Origin: Verrucomicrobiota bacterium
GTDB taxonomy: Bacteria; Verrucomicrobiota; Verrucomicrobiia; Opitutales; JABDGR01
NCBI GenBank assembly: GCA_013285985.1
Contig: JABDGR010000003.1
Location: forward strand, 1 to 54,818
DNA: 54,818 nucleotides
Direction: 5' to 3'
The notes under the pieces are model-generated. The model ran no database searches, was not told the origin of the DNA, and saw only the letters and a program-made list of their open reading frames with translations. The position numbers and the translations under genes were made by a program. This document shows positions 1 through 8,800 of this stretch, one piece after another. Numbering within the stretch: the first letter of the stretch is position 1; each line of letters begins with the position of its first letter.

Positions 1-430
1 TCGGTCACTCACTGCGTGACCAATCTTTATTTGAGTCATTTTTCTTCGTTCTATTTCAATCACTGTCCCTATTTTCGACCCCATCCCGATTGCGTCAAAA
101 TGCGCCATTACCCAGGCACGTGGGGGGTCTTGGGCTGCGAGGCGCGGAGCCGGGCCGGGAGCCTGAGCGCGCCGCCCGGTGGCGGCAAGCGGGGCGGACG
201 GCGGTGGAAGTGACTCGCGCACGGGTCTCCCCACCGGTGCCTGATCGCCGCCGCGCCATTCACGAGGGCGCGCCGTAACCGAAGGGCATGGCGCGTCTTC
301 GTGAGGGTCGGAAACCGGCGCAACTGCCGGTCAGTGCCCGGCCCCGATTTCAGTGGCAATGGCCTGTGCGGGTGCGTCCGGTTGACTCCGCAGCATGGGT
401 AATGACGAGCGTCACTTACGCGATTTCGAG

Positions 431-523
431 CCTTACATTCCAATGTAAGGGGAACTGCGTCCTCCATGATGAAAACGCGACTGCGTTTTCGTAGGTGATT
501 TTTGCGAAGTCAGATTTATCACC
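431..523. promoter_or_regulatory. Candidate oriT/regulatory inverted repeats upstream of the relaxase
   Basis: Perfect IRs CCTTACATT-cc-AATGTAAGG (431-450) and GAAAACGC-gact-GCGTTTTC (471-490), plus GGTGAT...ATCACC (494-523), directly upstream of the MobF start. nic site not identified. Confidence 0.35.
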
Positions 524-3301
524 ATGTTGACTCCAAAACCACAGTTGAATTTGCAACACGCGAAGGAATACTTTCGCGAGCATTTGAGCATCGGCGATTA
601 CTATGCTGAGAGTGAGACAGTTTCAGGGGAATGGTTCGGTGAGGCTGCGGAAAAGTTGGGTCTCAAAGGCAAGGTAGGTGAGAAAGAATTCTTGGCCCTG
701 TGCGAGGGGTTGAATCCGGGCACGGGCCAGAAATTGACCCTTCGGCAAAATGACAAGCGCCGGGAAGGTCGCAAGATGGTGGCTAATCGCCGGGTGTTTT
801 ATGACTTCACCATCAGCCCGCCTAAATCGGTTTCGGTGGTGGCGCTGATGCAGGATGTCCGTATTTTGGAACTGCACAATCAAGCGGTCAAAACGTCGAT
901 GGTGGAACTGGAAAAGTTCGCTGGAACGCGGGTGCGTAAGTCCGGCCAGAACGGGGAACGGGTGACCGGGAATATCGTGGGCGCGGCGTTTCAGCATGAC
1001 ACCAGCCGGGAACTTGACCCGCACCTGCATACCCATTGCGTTATTTTCAATGCCACCTTTGACCCGGTGGAAAACCATTGGAAGGCATTGGAGGCGTCCG
1101 GCATGTATCGGGCACAAAAGTTTGTGGAGCATTACTACTACCACGAACTGGCGAAGGGGCTGCGGAACTTCGGGTATGAAATCGTGCCTACCGCCCGCGA
1201 CTTTGAAATCAAACAGGTTCCGGCCAGCGTCATTGCCCAATTTTCCAAGCGGCATGAGCAAATCCACGCGGAAGCCAAAAGGCGAATCGAACGCGAGGGA
1301 TTGCGGGGCAATGCAGGCAACCTCCGCAAGCAGATCGCCCATGACGACAGGAAACGGAAAATCAAGGACTCGACCGCCAGCCAATTACGGCCCCATTGGG
1401 TAAAGCAATTGTCGGTCACGGATAAAGCGGCATTGGATTCCCTGTGGATTGCAAAGCAACACGTCCCGGTCAAAGCCGATGTTGCCGGTATCCTCGCTTG
1501 GGCGGATGAACACGTTTTTGAGCGGCGTTCCGTCGTGAATGATTACGAGCTAATGGCGGCGGCACTGGCGCATGGTCGCGGACAGGATTTTGATTTGGCG
1601 GCATTGCGCGAAGCGATTGAAAAACGTGGTTACGTCCGCGAAAAAGGCACGCATAGGCTCACGTCGCGCGAAATGTTGCGCTGCGAATACAGTATTATGA
1701 TGGTGGCTCGTGAGGGTCGTGATATGGAATTGCCCCTTAACCGGGATTACCAGCCGTCTCCGGCCTTGTCGGAAGAACAGGCAGCGGCAGTCAGGCACAT
1801 TCTAAAAAGCCGGGATTTCGTCACGCTGTTTCGCGGTGGCGCGGGCACCGGCAAAAGTTTCACCCTACGAGAAGTGATGAAGGGCATCCAAGCTGCCGGT
1901 CTTCCCGTGGTCGTCCTGGCTCCGCAACGCCAGCAAGTGGCCGATTTGTGCGCCGATGGTCTCGCCGCTACCACGGTGGCGCATTGCCTAGAGACTGGAA
2001 CGATGCCTCGGCGTGCGGTGGTGCTCTTGGATGAAGCGGGCCAAGTTGGCAGTAAGCAACTGAATCACCTCATGGCCTTGGTGAAAGCCCGTGATGGGCG
2101 GTTGATTCTGTCAGGCGACACCCGCCAGCATGGGGCTGTGCAGGCTTCGGATGCGCTCCGGGCCATTGAGAAATACAGCCAATTGAAAGCAGCGGAATTA
2201 AAATACATCCAGCGGCAGAATCCCGCTGCGGCAAAATCGGCCAAGGAGCGTGCATTTGTGCATGGCTACCGTCAGGCCGTCAAAGCGGCGGCGTCCGGGA
2301 ATATCGCCGAGTCATTCGACCGTCTAGAACGGCTGGGGTGCATCCGCGAGGTCGCGCCCGATGCTCGCCGCGAAACGCTGGCGCGGGAATACCTCGCCAG
2401 CCTTGAACGCAATGAAAGTGTCCTGGTCGTCGCGCAGACATGGCGTGAGGTCAATGCGGTGAACGACGCCATCCGCGAACAATTGAAGGCCAGTGGAAAA
2501 TTGAGCGGCGGCACGACGCTCACCGCTTATCAGGCGGTGGATGGCACTGAGGCCCAAAAACGTGAGGCCAGCTTCTACCATGCCGGTCAACGGGTTTATT
2601 TTTTGCAACGGTATGGCCGATTCGCCAAGGGTGAACTCTGTGAAATCGCCGGGGCCAATGAACACGGTGTGGTTCTGATGAAAAATGGCCGTCGCTCCAC
2701 ACTGAGTTACAATTATACAAATCGCATTGCGATTGCGGCCGCCTCTGAGTTGGAAATCGCTCCCGGTGACCGGCTGCAACTCAAATTCAATGGAAAATCG
2801 CTGGAAGGCCTTACGCTCACCAATGGCGAACTCCTGACCGTCCGCCGGGTGCGTAAAAACGGCTCGTTCGTTGTCGAAGATGACAGGGGGACACGAAAGA
2901 CCCTGTCGCCTTCGCAACGGCTCTTTAATCGCGGTTACGCCGTCACGTCCTATGCCTCCCAAGGCAAAACCGTGGACACGGTGCTCTTCGCCGATGCCGC
3001 GAACCGGGCTGCAACCAACTGCAATCAGTGGTATGTGGCGATTTCCCGTGGCCGCAAGCGCGTGGTCGTGTTCACCTCGGACAAAGCCGAATTGCGCGCC
3101 AATATCGAGCAAACTGGCGACCGTGGCCTCGCCTTGGACATCAAGCCATCTGCCCCGGTGGTGGCATTCTCCATCGGCCAGCGGGTCAGCACCCCGGAAT
3201 GGTCGCGCCGGGTTATGCAAGCCGCTGAATACACGCGATTGCATGAGGCCCACAGGCAGTTCGCCACCCGCCATGCGGCAAGCCATAAAATTACCTTGTA
3301 A
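524..3301 (+). CDS. mobF: MobF (TrwC/TraI-like) relaxase fused to an SF1 (RecD-like) helicase
   Basis: N-terminal DYY tyrosines, YDFTISPPKSVS, 3H motif HDTSRELDPHLHTH; helicase GGAGTGKS, LLDEAG, GDTRQH, GYAVTSYASQGKTVD. Confidence 0.95.
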   Translation: MLTPKPQLNLQHAKEYFREHLSIGDYYAESETVSGEWFGEAAEKLGLKGKVGEKEFLALCEGLNPGTGQKLTLRQNDKRREGRKMVANRRVFYDFTISPPKSVSVVALMQDVRILELHNQAVKTSMVELEKFAGTRVRKSGQNGERVTGNIVGAAFQHDTSRELDPHLHTHCVIFNATFDPVENHWKALEASGMYRAQKFVEHYYYHELAKGLRNFGYEIVPTARDFEIKQVPASVIAQFSKRHEQIHAEAKRRIEREGLRGNAGNLRKQIAHDDRKRKIKDSTASQLRPHWVKQLSVTDKAALDSLWIAKQHVPVKADVAGILAWADEHVFERRSVVNDYELMAAALAHGRGQDFDLAALREAIEKRGYVREKGTHRLTSREMLRCEYSIMMVAREGRDMELPLNRDYQPSPALSEEQAAAVRHILKSRDFVTLFRGGAGTGKSFTLREVMKGIQAAGLPVVVLAPQRQQVADLCADGLAATTVAHCLETGTMPRRAVVLLDEAGQVGSKQLNHLMALVKARDGRLILSGDTRQHGAVQASDALRAIEKYSQLKAAELKYIQRQNPAAAKSAKERAFVHGYRQAVKAAASGNIAESFDRLERLGCIREVAPDARRETLAREYLASLERNESVLVVAQTWREVNAVNDAIREQLKASGKLSGGTTLTAYQAVDGTEAQKREASFYHAGQRVYFLQRYGRFAKGELCEIAGANEHGVVLMKNGRRSTLSYNYTNRIAIAAASELEIAPGDRLQLKFNGKSLEGLTLTNGELLTVRRVRKNGSFVVEDDRGTRKTLSPSQRLFNRGYAVTSYASQGKTVDTVLFADAANRAATNCNQWYVAISRGRKRVVVFTSDKAELRANIEQTGDRGLALDIKPSAPVVAFSIGQRVSTPEWSRRVMQAAEYTRLHEAHRQFATRHAASHKITL

Positions 3302-3470
3302 ACGCATTTTTAGAGACTTTTCTCTGCGTCGGTAATAGCTCAAACCCTACTACACTGCCCGACCTTTGACCTCAAATGACTTTTGCTGCCAATTAAACAT
3401 CATTCAAAAGAAAAACCGCATCTTGAATATGCCTAGAAGTTCGGGTAAAAGCTCTGGCTCTTCAACCAAT

Positions 3471-5576
3471 ATGGCAAATAATTTTACATGGATACCTGCT
3501 TATCGTGAGATTGCCCAGCGGTTACTTGATTGGCAAGACCGCCAAGGTGAACTCATCGCCTTTCTTGAGCAGCTTCGCGCACAAGGGCTCACCATCACAC
3601 CGCTTACCGATCAAGATGACAAGGGGGCGCGATTTCTTCTACAGGAAATTGATCCATTTACTTTCTTTGGCGTTTTTAACAGACAAATTCGCAAAGAACA
3701 GCGGATGGCTATTATCGCTGAAGTTATTAAATTACTTGGTGTTCAAAGCGCATTGCCAAAGGATTTCGACGGCATCCCGGTTTTGAGCGCACTAAATTCA
3801 TGGTTCGTTTCTTACCGTCCATTGCGAAAAACCGATGATGTGCCCCGTTTATGGCGAGTATTTCGATTGGCTCTTGGGGAGAACCCACTTGACCAACCTG
3901 ATTTCCTGCGGGCATTTGATGAAGCACTTCAAGTCAGGCATACCAATCTCAATCTAACAATGGGCTTATTTTGGATACGGCCAGAATCTTTTTTAAATCT
4001 AGACCAGACCAATAGGCAATATCTCAAAATCAAACTGCCGCCTAGTGGTTTATCTGGTCAATATTATCGCGACGCAGTTCGGTTGCAATTGGCCAAAGTG
4101 AAGTCCCTTCCCGACTTATCCCATGAAGCCTGGGTTGCCAGCAAAACGAAGCCGGAATTGCAATCGCCAGAAGCGCAGATGACGCCCGAAAATAATTATT
4201 GGCTGCTGGGAGCTTACTGGTCTGACAATGATCCGACTGACCAAACGCAGCGTTTTTTAGACGAGGGCGTCTGGCAAAATGGATATGAAGATCGTTATCT
4301 TGATGAAGTCCGCTCAATGCGAGTCGGCGATAAAGTCGCCATAAAGGCAGCCTCGACTCAACGCCTAAATTTGCCTTTCGATGCGCGTGGCGAAACGGTT
4401 TCGCGGATGAGCATCAAAGCCGTTGGCACAGTTGTATCGAATCGTGGTGACGGTCGCACTGTCGAGGTCGAATGGGATACATCTTTTAAGCCCAAGGACT
4501 GGTATTTCTATACCTACCAGAAAACCGTATGGCAATTGCGCCCAGATGAGCCCAATGCCAAACGACTAATTGAATTCGTGTTCAATAATAAAGCGCAGGA
4601 CTACGAATGGTTCTGCCAAGAATGGTGGGACGTTGCCAAGAAGAAACAAGAGGCGTCTCCTGAGGCTAAGAAAACTAACTTGGTAAAACCCTATAGCGTG
4701 GACGATATGCTTGCTTCGGGCATTTTCCTCACCGAACCAGAAATTAAACAGACGCTAGATCGCCTTCAGTCCAAAAAGAATCTGATTTTACAAGGGCCTC
4801 CAGGAGTAGGAAAAAACTTTATTGCACGTAAACTCGCCTATGCTCTAATGGAAGAGATGGACGATGGCCGCATCGAAATGGTTCAGTTTCATCAGTCATA
4901 TTCCTACGAGGACTTCATCAGGGGATACCGCCCATTGCCTGAGCAAGCGGGAAAATTTGGATTGCAAAACGGAATTTTTTACGACTTTTGCCAACGCGCT
5001 AAAGACGATTCAGACCGCAAATATGTATTCATTATTGATGAGATTAATCGAGGCAACCTGAGCCAGATATTCGGTGAGTTGTTGATGCTCATAGAAGCAG
5101 ATAAGAGAGGCCCCGAAAATGTTTTGCCTCTCGTTTATCACAAAAAGGAAGAGCCGCGTTTTTACGTACCTAAGAACCTATACTTAATCGGCCTGATGAA
5201 TATAGCCGACCGATCTTTGGCGATGGTGGACTATGCTCTGCGGCGGCGTTTTGCTTTCATGTCGCTTAAGCCACAGTATAAGGGTGATCTTTTTCGGAAA
5301 TGGCTGCTTGATCGTGGCATGAGTGAAAAGCTCGCGGGCTTGATTGTAGATAGAATGGCGGCACTAAATCAGGAGATAGCGAATGACACTTTACTCGGAG
5401 AAAATTATCAGATTGGCCACAGTTTCTTTTGTCCCAAGGGCGGCAACTATGAAGGCTTAGATCGCACATGGTATGAAGCAATAGTCCAGACTGAGATTCT
5501 TCCTTTATTGAGGGAATATTGGTTCGATAACGCAAAACGCGCTGAACAGATTGCCGAAAAACTTTTGGCTCCATGA
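3471..5576 (+). CDS. mcrB: McrB-family AAA+ GTPase of a modification-dependent restriction system
   Basis: GPPGVGK Walker A, VQFHQSYSYEDFIRG, IIDEINRGN, MNIADRSLAMVDYALRRRF, IGHSFF. Start chosen at ATG 3471; the ORF is open from 3366. Confidence 0.93.
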   Translation: MANNFTWIPAYREIAQRLLDWQDRQGELIAFLEQLRAQGLTITPLTDQDDKGARFLLQEIDPFTFFGVFNRQIRKEQRMAIIAEVIKLLGVQSALPKDFDGIPVLSALNSWFVSYRPLRKTDDVPRLWRVFRLALGENPLDQPDFLRAFDEALQVRHTNLNLTMGLFWIRPESFLNLDQTNRQYLKIKLPPSGLSGQYYRDAVRLQLAKVKSLPDLSHEAWVASKTKPELQSPEAQMTPENNYWLLGAYWSDNDPTDQTQRFLDEGVWQNGYEDRYLDEVRSMRVGDKVAIKAASTQRLNLPFDARGETVSRMSIKAVGTVVSNRGDGRTVEVEWDTSFKPKDWYFYTYQKTVWQLRPDEPNAKRLIEFVFNNKAQDYEWFCQEWWDVAKKKQEASPEAKKTNLVKPYSVDDMLASGIFLTEPEIKQTLDRLQSKKNLILQGPPGVGKNFIARKLAYALMEEMDDGRIEMVQFHQSYSYEDFIRGYRPLPEQAGKFGLQNGIFYDFCQRAKDDSDRKYVFIIDEINRGNLSQIFGELLMLIEADKRGPENVLPLVYHKKEEPRFYVPKNLYLIGLMNIADRSLAMVDYALRRRFAFMSLKPQYKGDLFRKWLLDRGMSEKLAGLIVDRMAALNQEIANDTLLGENYQIGHSFFCPKGGNYEGLDRTWYEAIVQTEILPLLREYWFDNAKRAEQIAEKLLAP

Positions 5577-6703
5577 ATGCGATTGCCATAGAGAATTCTG
5601 CCGGAGAAGTTTCGGTCACTGAAACCGGAATCCCTATCCGCAATCTATGGTACATGTTGCTTTATGCTTGGAATGAAGTAGCGCTCAAATGCCAGTGGGA
5701 TGCCGAGGCCGATAAGTCTCCCACCCTGGACTCGCTACTTGCCTCAATATTGGCCGGCTTAGTCCAGCAACGTTTGCGCATCGGACTTGGGCGTGGCTAT
5801 ACAAGTGAGGCCAGATTGATTCGCAGCATTCGAGGGAGGATTGATTTTGCTGAAAGTTTGAAACGACTTGCTTTTGAAAACGGTCAGACATTCTGCCGCT
5901 ACCAGACCTATAACCACAATGTCTCTAAAAACCAGATCGTCCGCAGCACTCTGGCTCGCCTAGTACAGATGGGGCAGTTTGGCGTTGATCGGGTACGGGC
6001 GGAAGAGGTCAGGCACAAACTGCGTCGGTTAGTGCGCGACTTGGATGGGATTGATTTGATTGAGCTCAAGTTGGATTTGATTCGTCGTCAGCAATTCGAC
6101 CGGAACGATGCGGATTACCGCCTTATGCTCGCCATTTGTAATCTCCTCCTTCAGAGACAAATGCCCACTGAAACTGAAGGTTCTCACAAACTCCCTGGGC
6201 TGGATCGTGATGCTCTGACAATCTATCGTATTTACGAGCGATTCGTTGCCAATTTCTATAAACAGCATCTTTCCGAATGGTCAGTCACACCGCAAATGCG
6301 ATTAAGTTGGCACACGAAAACGGCATCGAAATACATGCCTATAATGTCGCCGGATTTAATTTTAAAACAAAAGGCTACGGGCCACATGACGGTTTTAGAT
6401 ACCAAGTTCACCGCCAAAAGTTTAATTCCTTCCCGTTGGGGAAATTGCGTCTTCGATTCTTCTCACCTCTATCAGATTTACGCCTACCTTAGATCGCAGG
6501 AACATCTTTCTGATTCCCACCGGGATGCTTCGGCCATTCTGCTTTATCCCACAATTCGGGAAAGCCTTGACGAGACAGTCGAGTTGCAGGGTCATCAAAT
6601 TCGTTTAGCGACCATTGATTTGTCCCTGCCTTGGGATGAAATCGAAAGCAAACTTCTTATGTTAGTTTCTCAACATGTTGAAAGGATAACATCCGAAATT
6701 TAA
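5573..6703 (+). CDS. mcrC: McrC-family PD-(D/E)XK nuclease subunit
   Basis: IPIRNLWYMLLYAW, IRGRIDF, YERFVANFY, PDL...VLDTKF, HLYQIYAYL; ATGA overlap with mcrB. Confidence 0.93.
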   Translation: MNAIAIENSAGEVSVTETGIPIRNLWYMLLYAWNEVALKCQWDAEADKSPTLDSLLASILAGLVQQRLRIGLGRGYTSEARLIRSIRGRIDFAESLKRLAFENGQTFCRYQTYNHNVSKNQIVRSTLARLVQMGQFGVDRVRAEEVRHKLRRLVRDLDGIDLIELKLDLIRRQQFDRNDADYRLMLAICNLLLQRQMPTETEGSHKLPGLDRDALTIYRIYERFVANFYKQHLSEWSVTPQMRLSWHTKTASKYMPIMSPDLILKQKATGHMTVLDTKFTAKSLIPSRWGNCVFDSSHLYQIYAYLRSQEHLSDSHRDASAILLYPTIRESLDETVELQGHQIRLATIDLSLPWDEIESKLLMLVSQHVERITSEI

Positions 6704-6906
6704 CCACCACCGTTTTATGGTGAGAGAGCAAATGCCTATCTTCTCAAAAACAATCGTTGCCCCGGCGATTTGGCCCTCGTTTTGGTGCCTTCGGCGGTAC
6801 ATTCTGGGTTGACGGTCTGGCCTGAGAATCGGGTGGTGGCGCTGCCTCTCCGCCCCCACTAGCGTCATTCTTGACGGGGTGAAAAATCTCTGTTACTGCT
6901 GATGCC

Positions 6907-7122
6907 ATGGTAAAGTTAGCCACACCAAAGCCACCTAAGAAGGCCGATTGGCCTGCTTGGGTGCGCTACCATGAACGCCTGCGCAAGTATGACACGCAGC
7001 GCGTAGCCTTGCGTTTGGCGACGCCGGGGCAAGTCCAGCGGGAAAACAGCATTTTCTCAAAGAAGACTATGCAGACGGTTAAGATTGATTGGGGCAGCGT
7101 TTTTTCTAGTCTGCGTTCGTGA
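6907..7122 (+). CDS. Small basic hypothetical protein, possible antitoxin partner
   Basis: 71-aa ATG ORF overlapping the next gene by GTGA; TTGACG at 6871-6876 upstream. Confidence 0.55.
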   Translation: MVKLATPKPPKKADWPAWVRYHERLRKYDTQRVALRLATPGQVQRENSIFSKKTMQTVKIDWGSVFSSLRS

Positions 7123-7859
7123 GCAATTCGCAGTATCGCCCGGAAGATTTCCTTTCCGCGTTAGCTGTCGCGCCTGATGACAAGGCACGGCCAGTCTTGG
7201 TTGGCGGGCAAGCGGTAAACTTCTGGGCGCAACTTTACGCACAGAAACTGCCGGAATTGAAGCCATGGCAGCCGTTTTTGAGCAAAGATTGTGATGTGTA
7301 TGGCAACCGCGAGGTCGCGCAACGGATGCAGGAAAAATCCGGGTGGACGCTGAGTTTGTTCCCTCCGCGAGAAATGGCCGTGGCCGCATTGGTCGCCAGT
7401 GATGGGCGGACGATGGAGGTGTTAAACGCGGTGCGGGGCCTCACGCCCAAAGATTTTGAGCGCATGTGCGTCCGGGTCCAGGTAGGTGAAAGGTTTCTAT
7501 GGATACTCAACCCGGTGGCTCTGCTGAAAGCCAAATTGGCGAATGTGGCGGAACTTGACCAATCCCAACGCCAAGATCGCCGCCATGTCTCAATTCTGAT
7601 ACCCGTTGTTCGCGAATTTTTAAGTCAGGCGTTAAGCGAAGCGCGAGCGGGAGAGGACAGTGAGAGGGACGTGGTGACACTCATGGAGGCGGCTTTGCTG
7701 GTGGCAATCAGCGTAGATGCGAATTCATGGGCTGATGCCCTTGGCGCGAGGTTTGCAAAACTATTTCCCTTGGCTCAAATGGAGACCACGTCGCTGTTAA
7801 AGGTGCGTAATTTTATTGAAAAGAGGCTACCTCGTGCCTCGCGCAAGTCGCCGAGCTAA
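7119..7859 (+). CDS. Putative Pol-beta-superfamily nucleotidyltransferase (AbiEii/MenT-like)
   Basis: VLVGGQAVNFWA...SKDCDV (GG/DxD signature), later LLKAKL..RQD. Confidence 0.7.
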   Translation: MSNSQYRPEDFLSALAVAPDDKARPVLVGGQAVNFWAQLYAQKLPELKPWQPFLSKDCDVYGNREVAQRMQEKSGWTLSLFPPREMAVAALVASDGRTMEVLNAVRGLTPKDFERMCVRVQVGERFLWILNPVALLKAKLANVAELDQSQRQDRRHVSILIPVVREFLSQALSEARAGEDSERDVVTLMEAALLVAISVDANSWADALGARFAKLFPLAQMETTSLLKVRNFIEKRLPRASRKSPS

Positions 7860-7936
7860 TGATTTCAGCATCATGCATGATTCTGCCGTCAGCAAATTAC
7901 AAACCACCGAATGGTGCCGCGAAAAAATCCTATTTT

Positions 7937-7956
7937 AGGTTGCCAGAAGGTTGCCA
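7937..7956 (+). repeat. Tandem direct repeat AGGTTGCCA x2, candidate integrase arm-type sites
   Basis: Copies at 7937-7945 and 7948-7956, about 120 bp inside the att core. Confidence 0.5.
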
Positions 7957-8074
7957 TTTCTGCTGTTTTTATTTGCTTTTCTGCGAAATTAGCTGCATAC
8001 TGTTTCCAGTTCTAAACCATTCACAATCAACTAAGTCCGCGTTTTCCAGCGACTTAGCTTCGAGGCGGCAGATA

Positions 8075-8099
8075 GGTTCGAATCCCTCCCTCTCCGCCA
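8075..8099 (+). other. att site: duplicated 3' end of a tRNA (Ser-type)
   Basis: GGTTCGAATCCCTCCCTCTCCGCCA = T-loop, 3' T-stem, acceptor strand and CCA. The 5' T-stem is broken (ATAGG instead of GAGGG) and no tRNA 5' half is present. Confidence 0.85.
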
Positions 8100-8129
8100 T
8101 CCTACGCTCCCGATGGAGCTTCGGATGGC
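8096..8129. repeat. REP-like hairpin immediately after the att site
   Basis: GCCATCC...GCTCC-cgat-GGAGC...GGATGGC nested inverted repeat. Confidence 0.55.
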
Positions 8130-8142
8130 AAGCCGGCATGGG

Positions 8143-8249
8143 AAAATCCGCGCGCGTCCCAAGAGTCTTAAAAATATCCATCCGATAATTTCCCCGGTTG
8201 ATCACATCATAGATCGCCCCGGGATATTCCACAGCAGTTTGCGCGGCAT
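8143..8249 (-). pseudogene. 5' remnant of a REP-associated tyrosine transposase (RAYT/Y1_Tnp), frameshifted and truncated
   Basis: ATG 8249 gives MPRKL, then a 1-nt frameshift into VEYPGAIYDVINRGNYRMDIF, the typical RAYT N-terminus. No HUH or catalytic Tyr region follows. Confidence 0.75.
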
Positions 8250-8289
8250 TTCCGGAAAATGCGTCAAGCTCCCTTACCGTCAAGGGAAC

Positions 8290-8309
8290 AAGGGGCAACC
8301 TGACCCCTT
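8290..8309. repeat. Short hairpin (GGGTCAG-type REP-like or terminator) between immunity gene and RAYT remnant
   Basis: AAGGGG-caacctga-CCCCTT. Confidence 0.4.
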
Positions 8310-8316
8310 TTTGGCT

Positions 8317-8799
8317 CTAACTCTTTTTGGGGGTTTGGCCCTTTTGGAGTTCTACTCTTTTGGCTGTTCTCCTGTCCCTTATCTCCTGTTGGAGTTTCCT
8401 CTCATTGCGATCGCGTCGCTCAAAATCTCGCTCCTCCCCCTTAAGTATGCTTGTGCCATATTTTTTAAGAAATTCCGCCAAACGCGCAACTTCAATTTCC
8501 AAATCCTTTTCACTTTTAGGGAATGGGGAACGATATGGCTCCCTTTCACGCCCATCATTAAGCTTTATCAGCACCCCAATACTAATTGGGCGAGTTTTAC
8601 CAGGGTCATCTCTTGACTTTCTTATACTTAAGTCGAGTTCATGACTCCATTGTTTATCATAATAAACTCCAACTTGAATCTTATCTGATTCATAGAAAAC
8701 AAATGGGTGCTTTGCTGTTTTACGTACAAATTTAAAATCGCTTTCCAAAAATGAAAAGTGGTGAATAGTTAATTCGACAAATTTGTCCCACAAGTCCAT
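8317..8799 (-). CDS. Putative cognate immunity protein of the RHS toxin
   Basis: 160 aa from ATG 8799, 1 nt after the RHS stop. AT-rich, no signal peptide; standard immunity position. Confidence 0.75.
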   Translation of the reverse strand: MDLWDKFVELTIHHFSFLESDFKFVRKTAKHPFVFYESDKIQVGVYYDKQWSHELDLSIRKSRDDPGKTRPISIGVLIKLNDGREREPYRSPFPKSEKDLEIEVARLAEFLKKYGTSILKGEERDFERRDRNERKLQQEIRDRRTAKRVELQKGQTPKKS

Positions 8800-8800
8800 A

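Larger units (their letters stand above)
1..8099. mobile_element. Right part of an integrative mobilisable element / defence island inserted in tRNA-Ser (left end outside window)
   Basis: Relaxase plus defence cargo, ending in a partial tRNA 3' end with arm-like direct repeats. Confidence 0.75.

Noticed and set aside
8040-8099. Complete tRNA gene
   Set aside because: Only the T-loop to CCA is present, with no D-arm or anticodon arm, so it is treated as an att site.
7969-8298. 109-aa minus-strand ORF
   Set aside because: Chimera of the RAYT remnant and the antisense tRNA fragment (MAEREGFEP is a typical reverse-tRNA translation).
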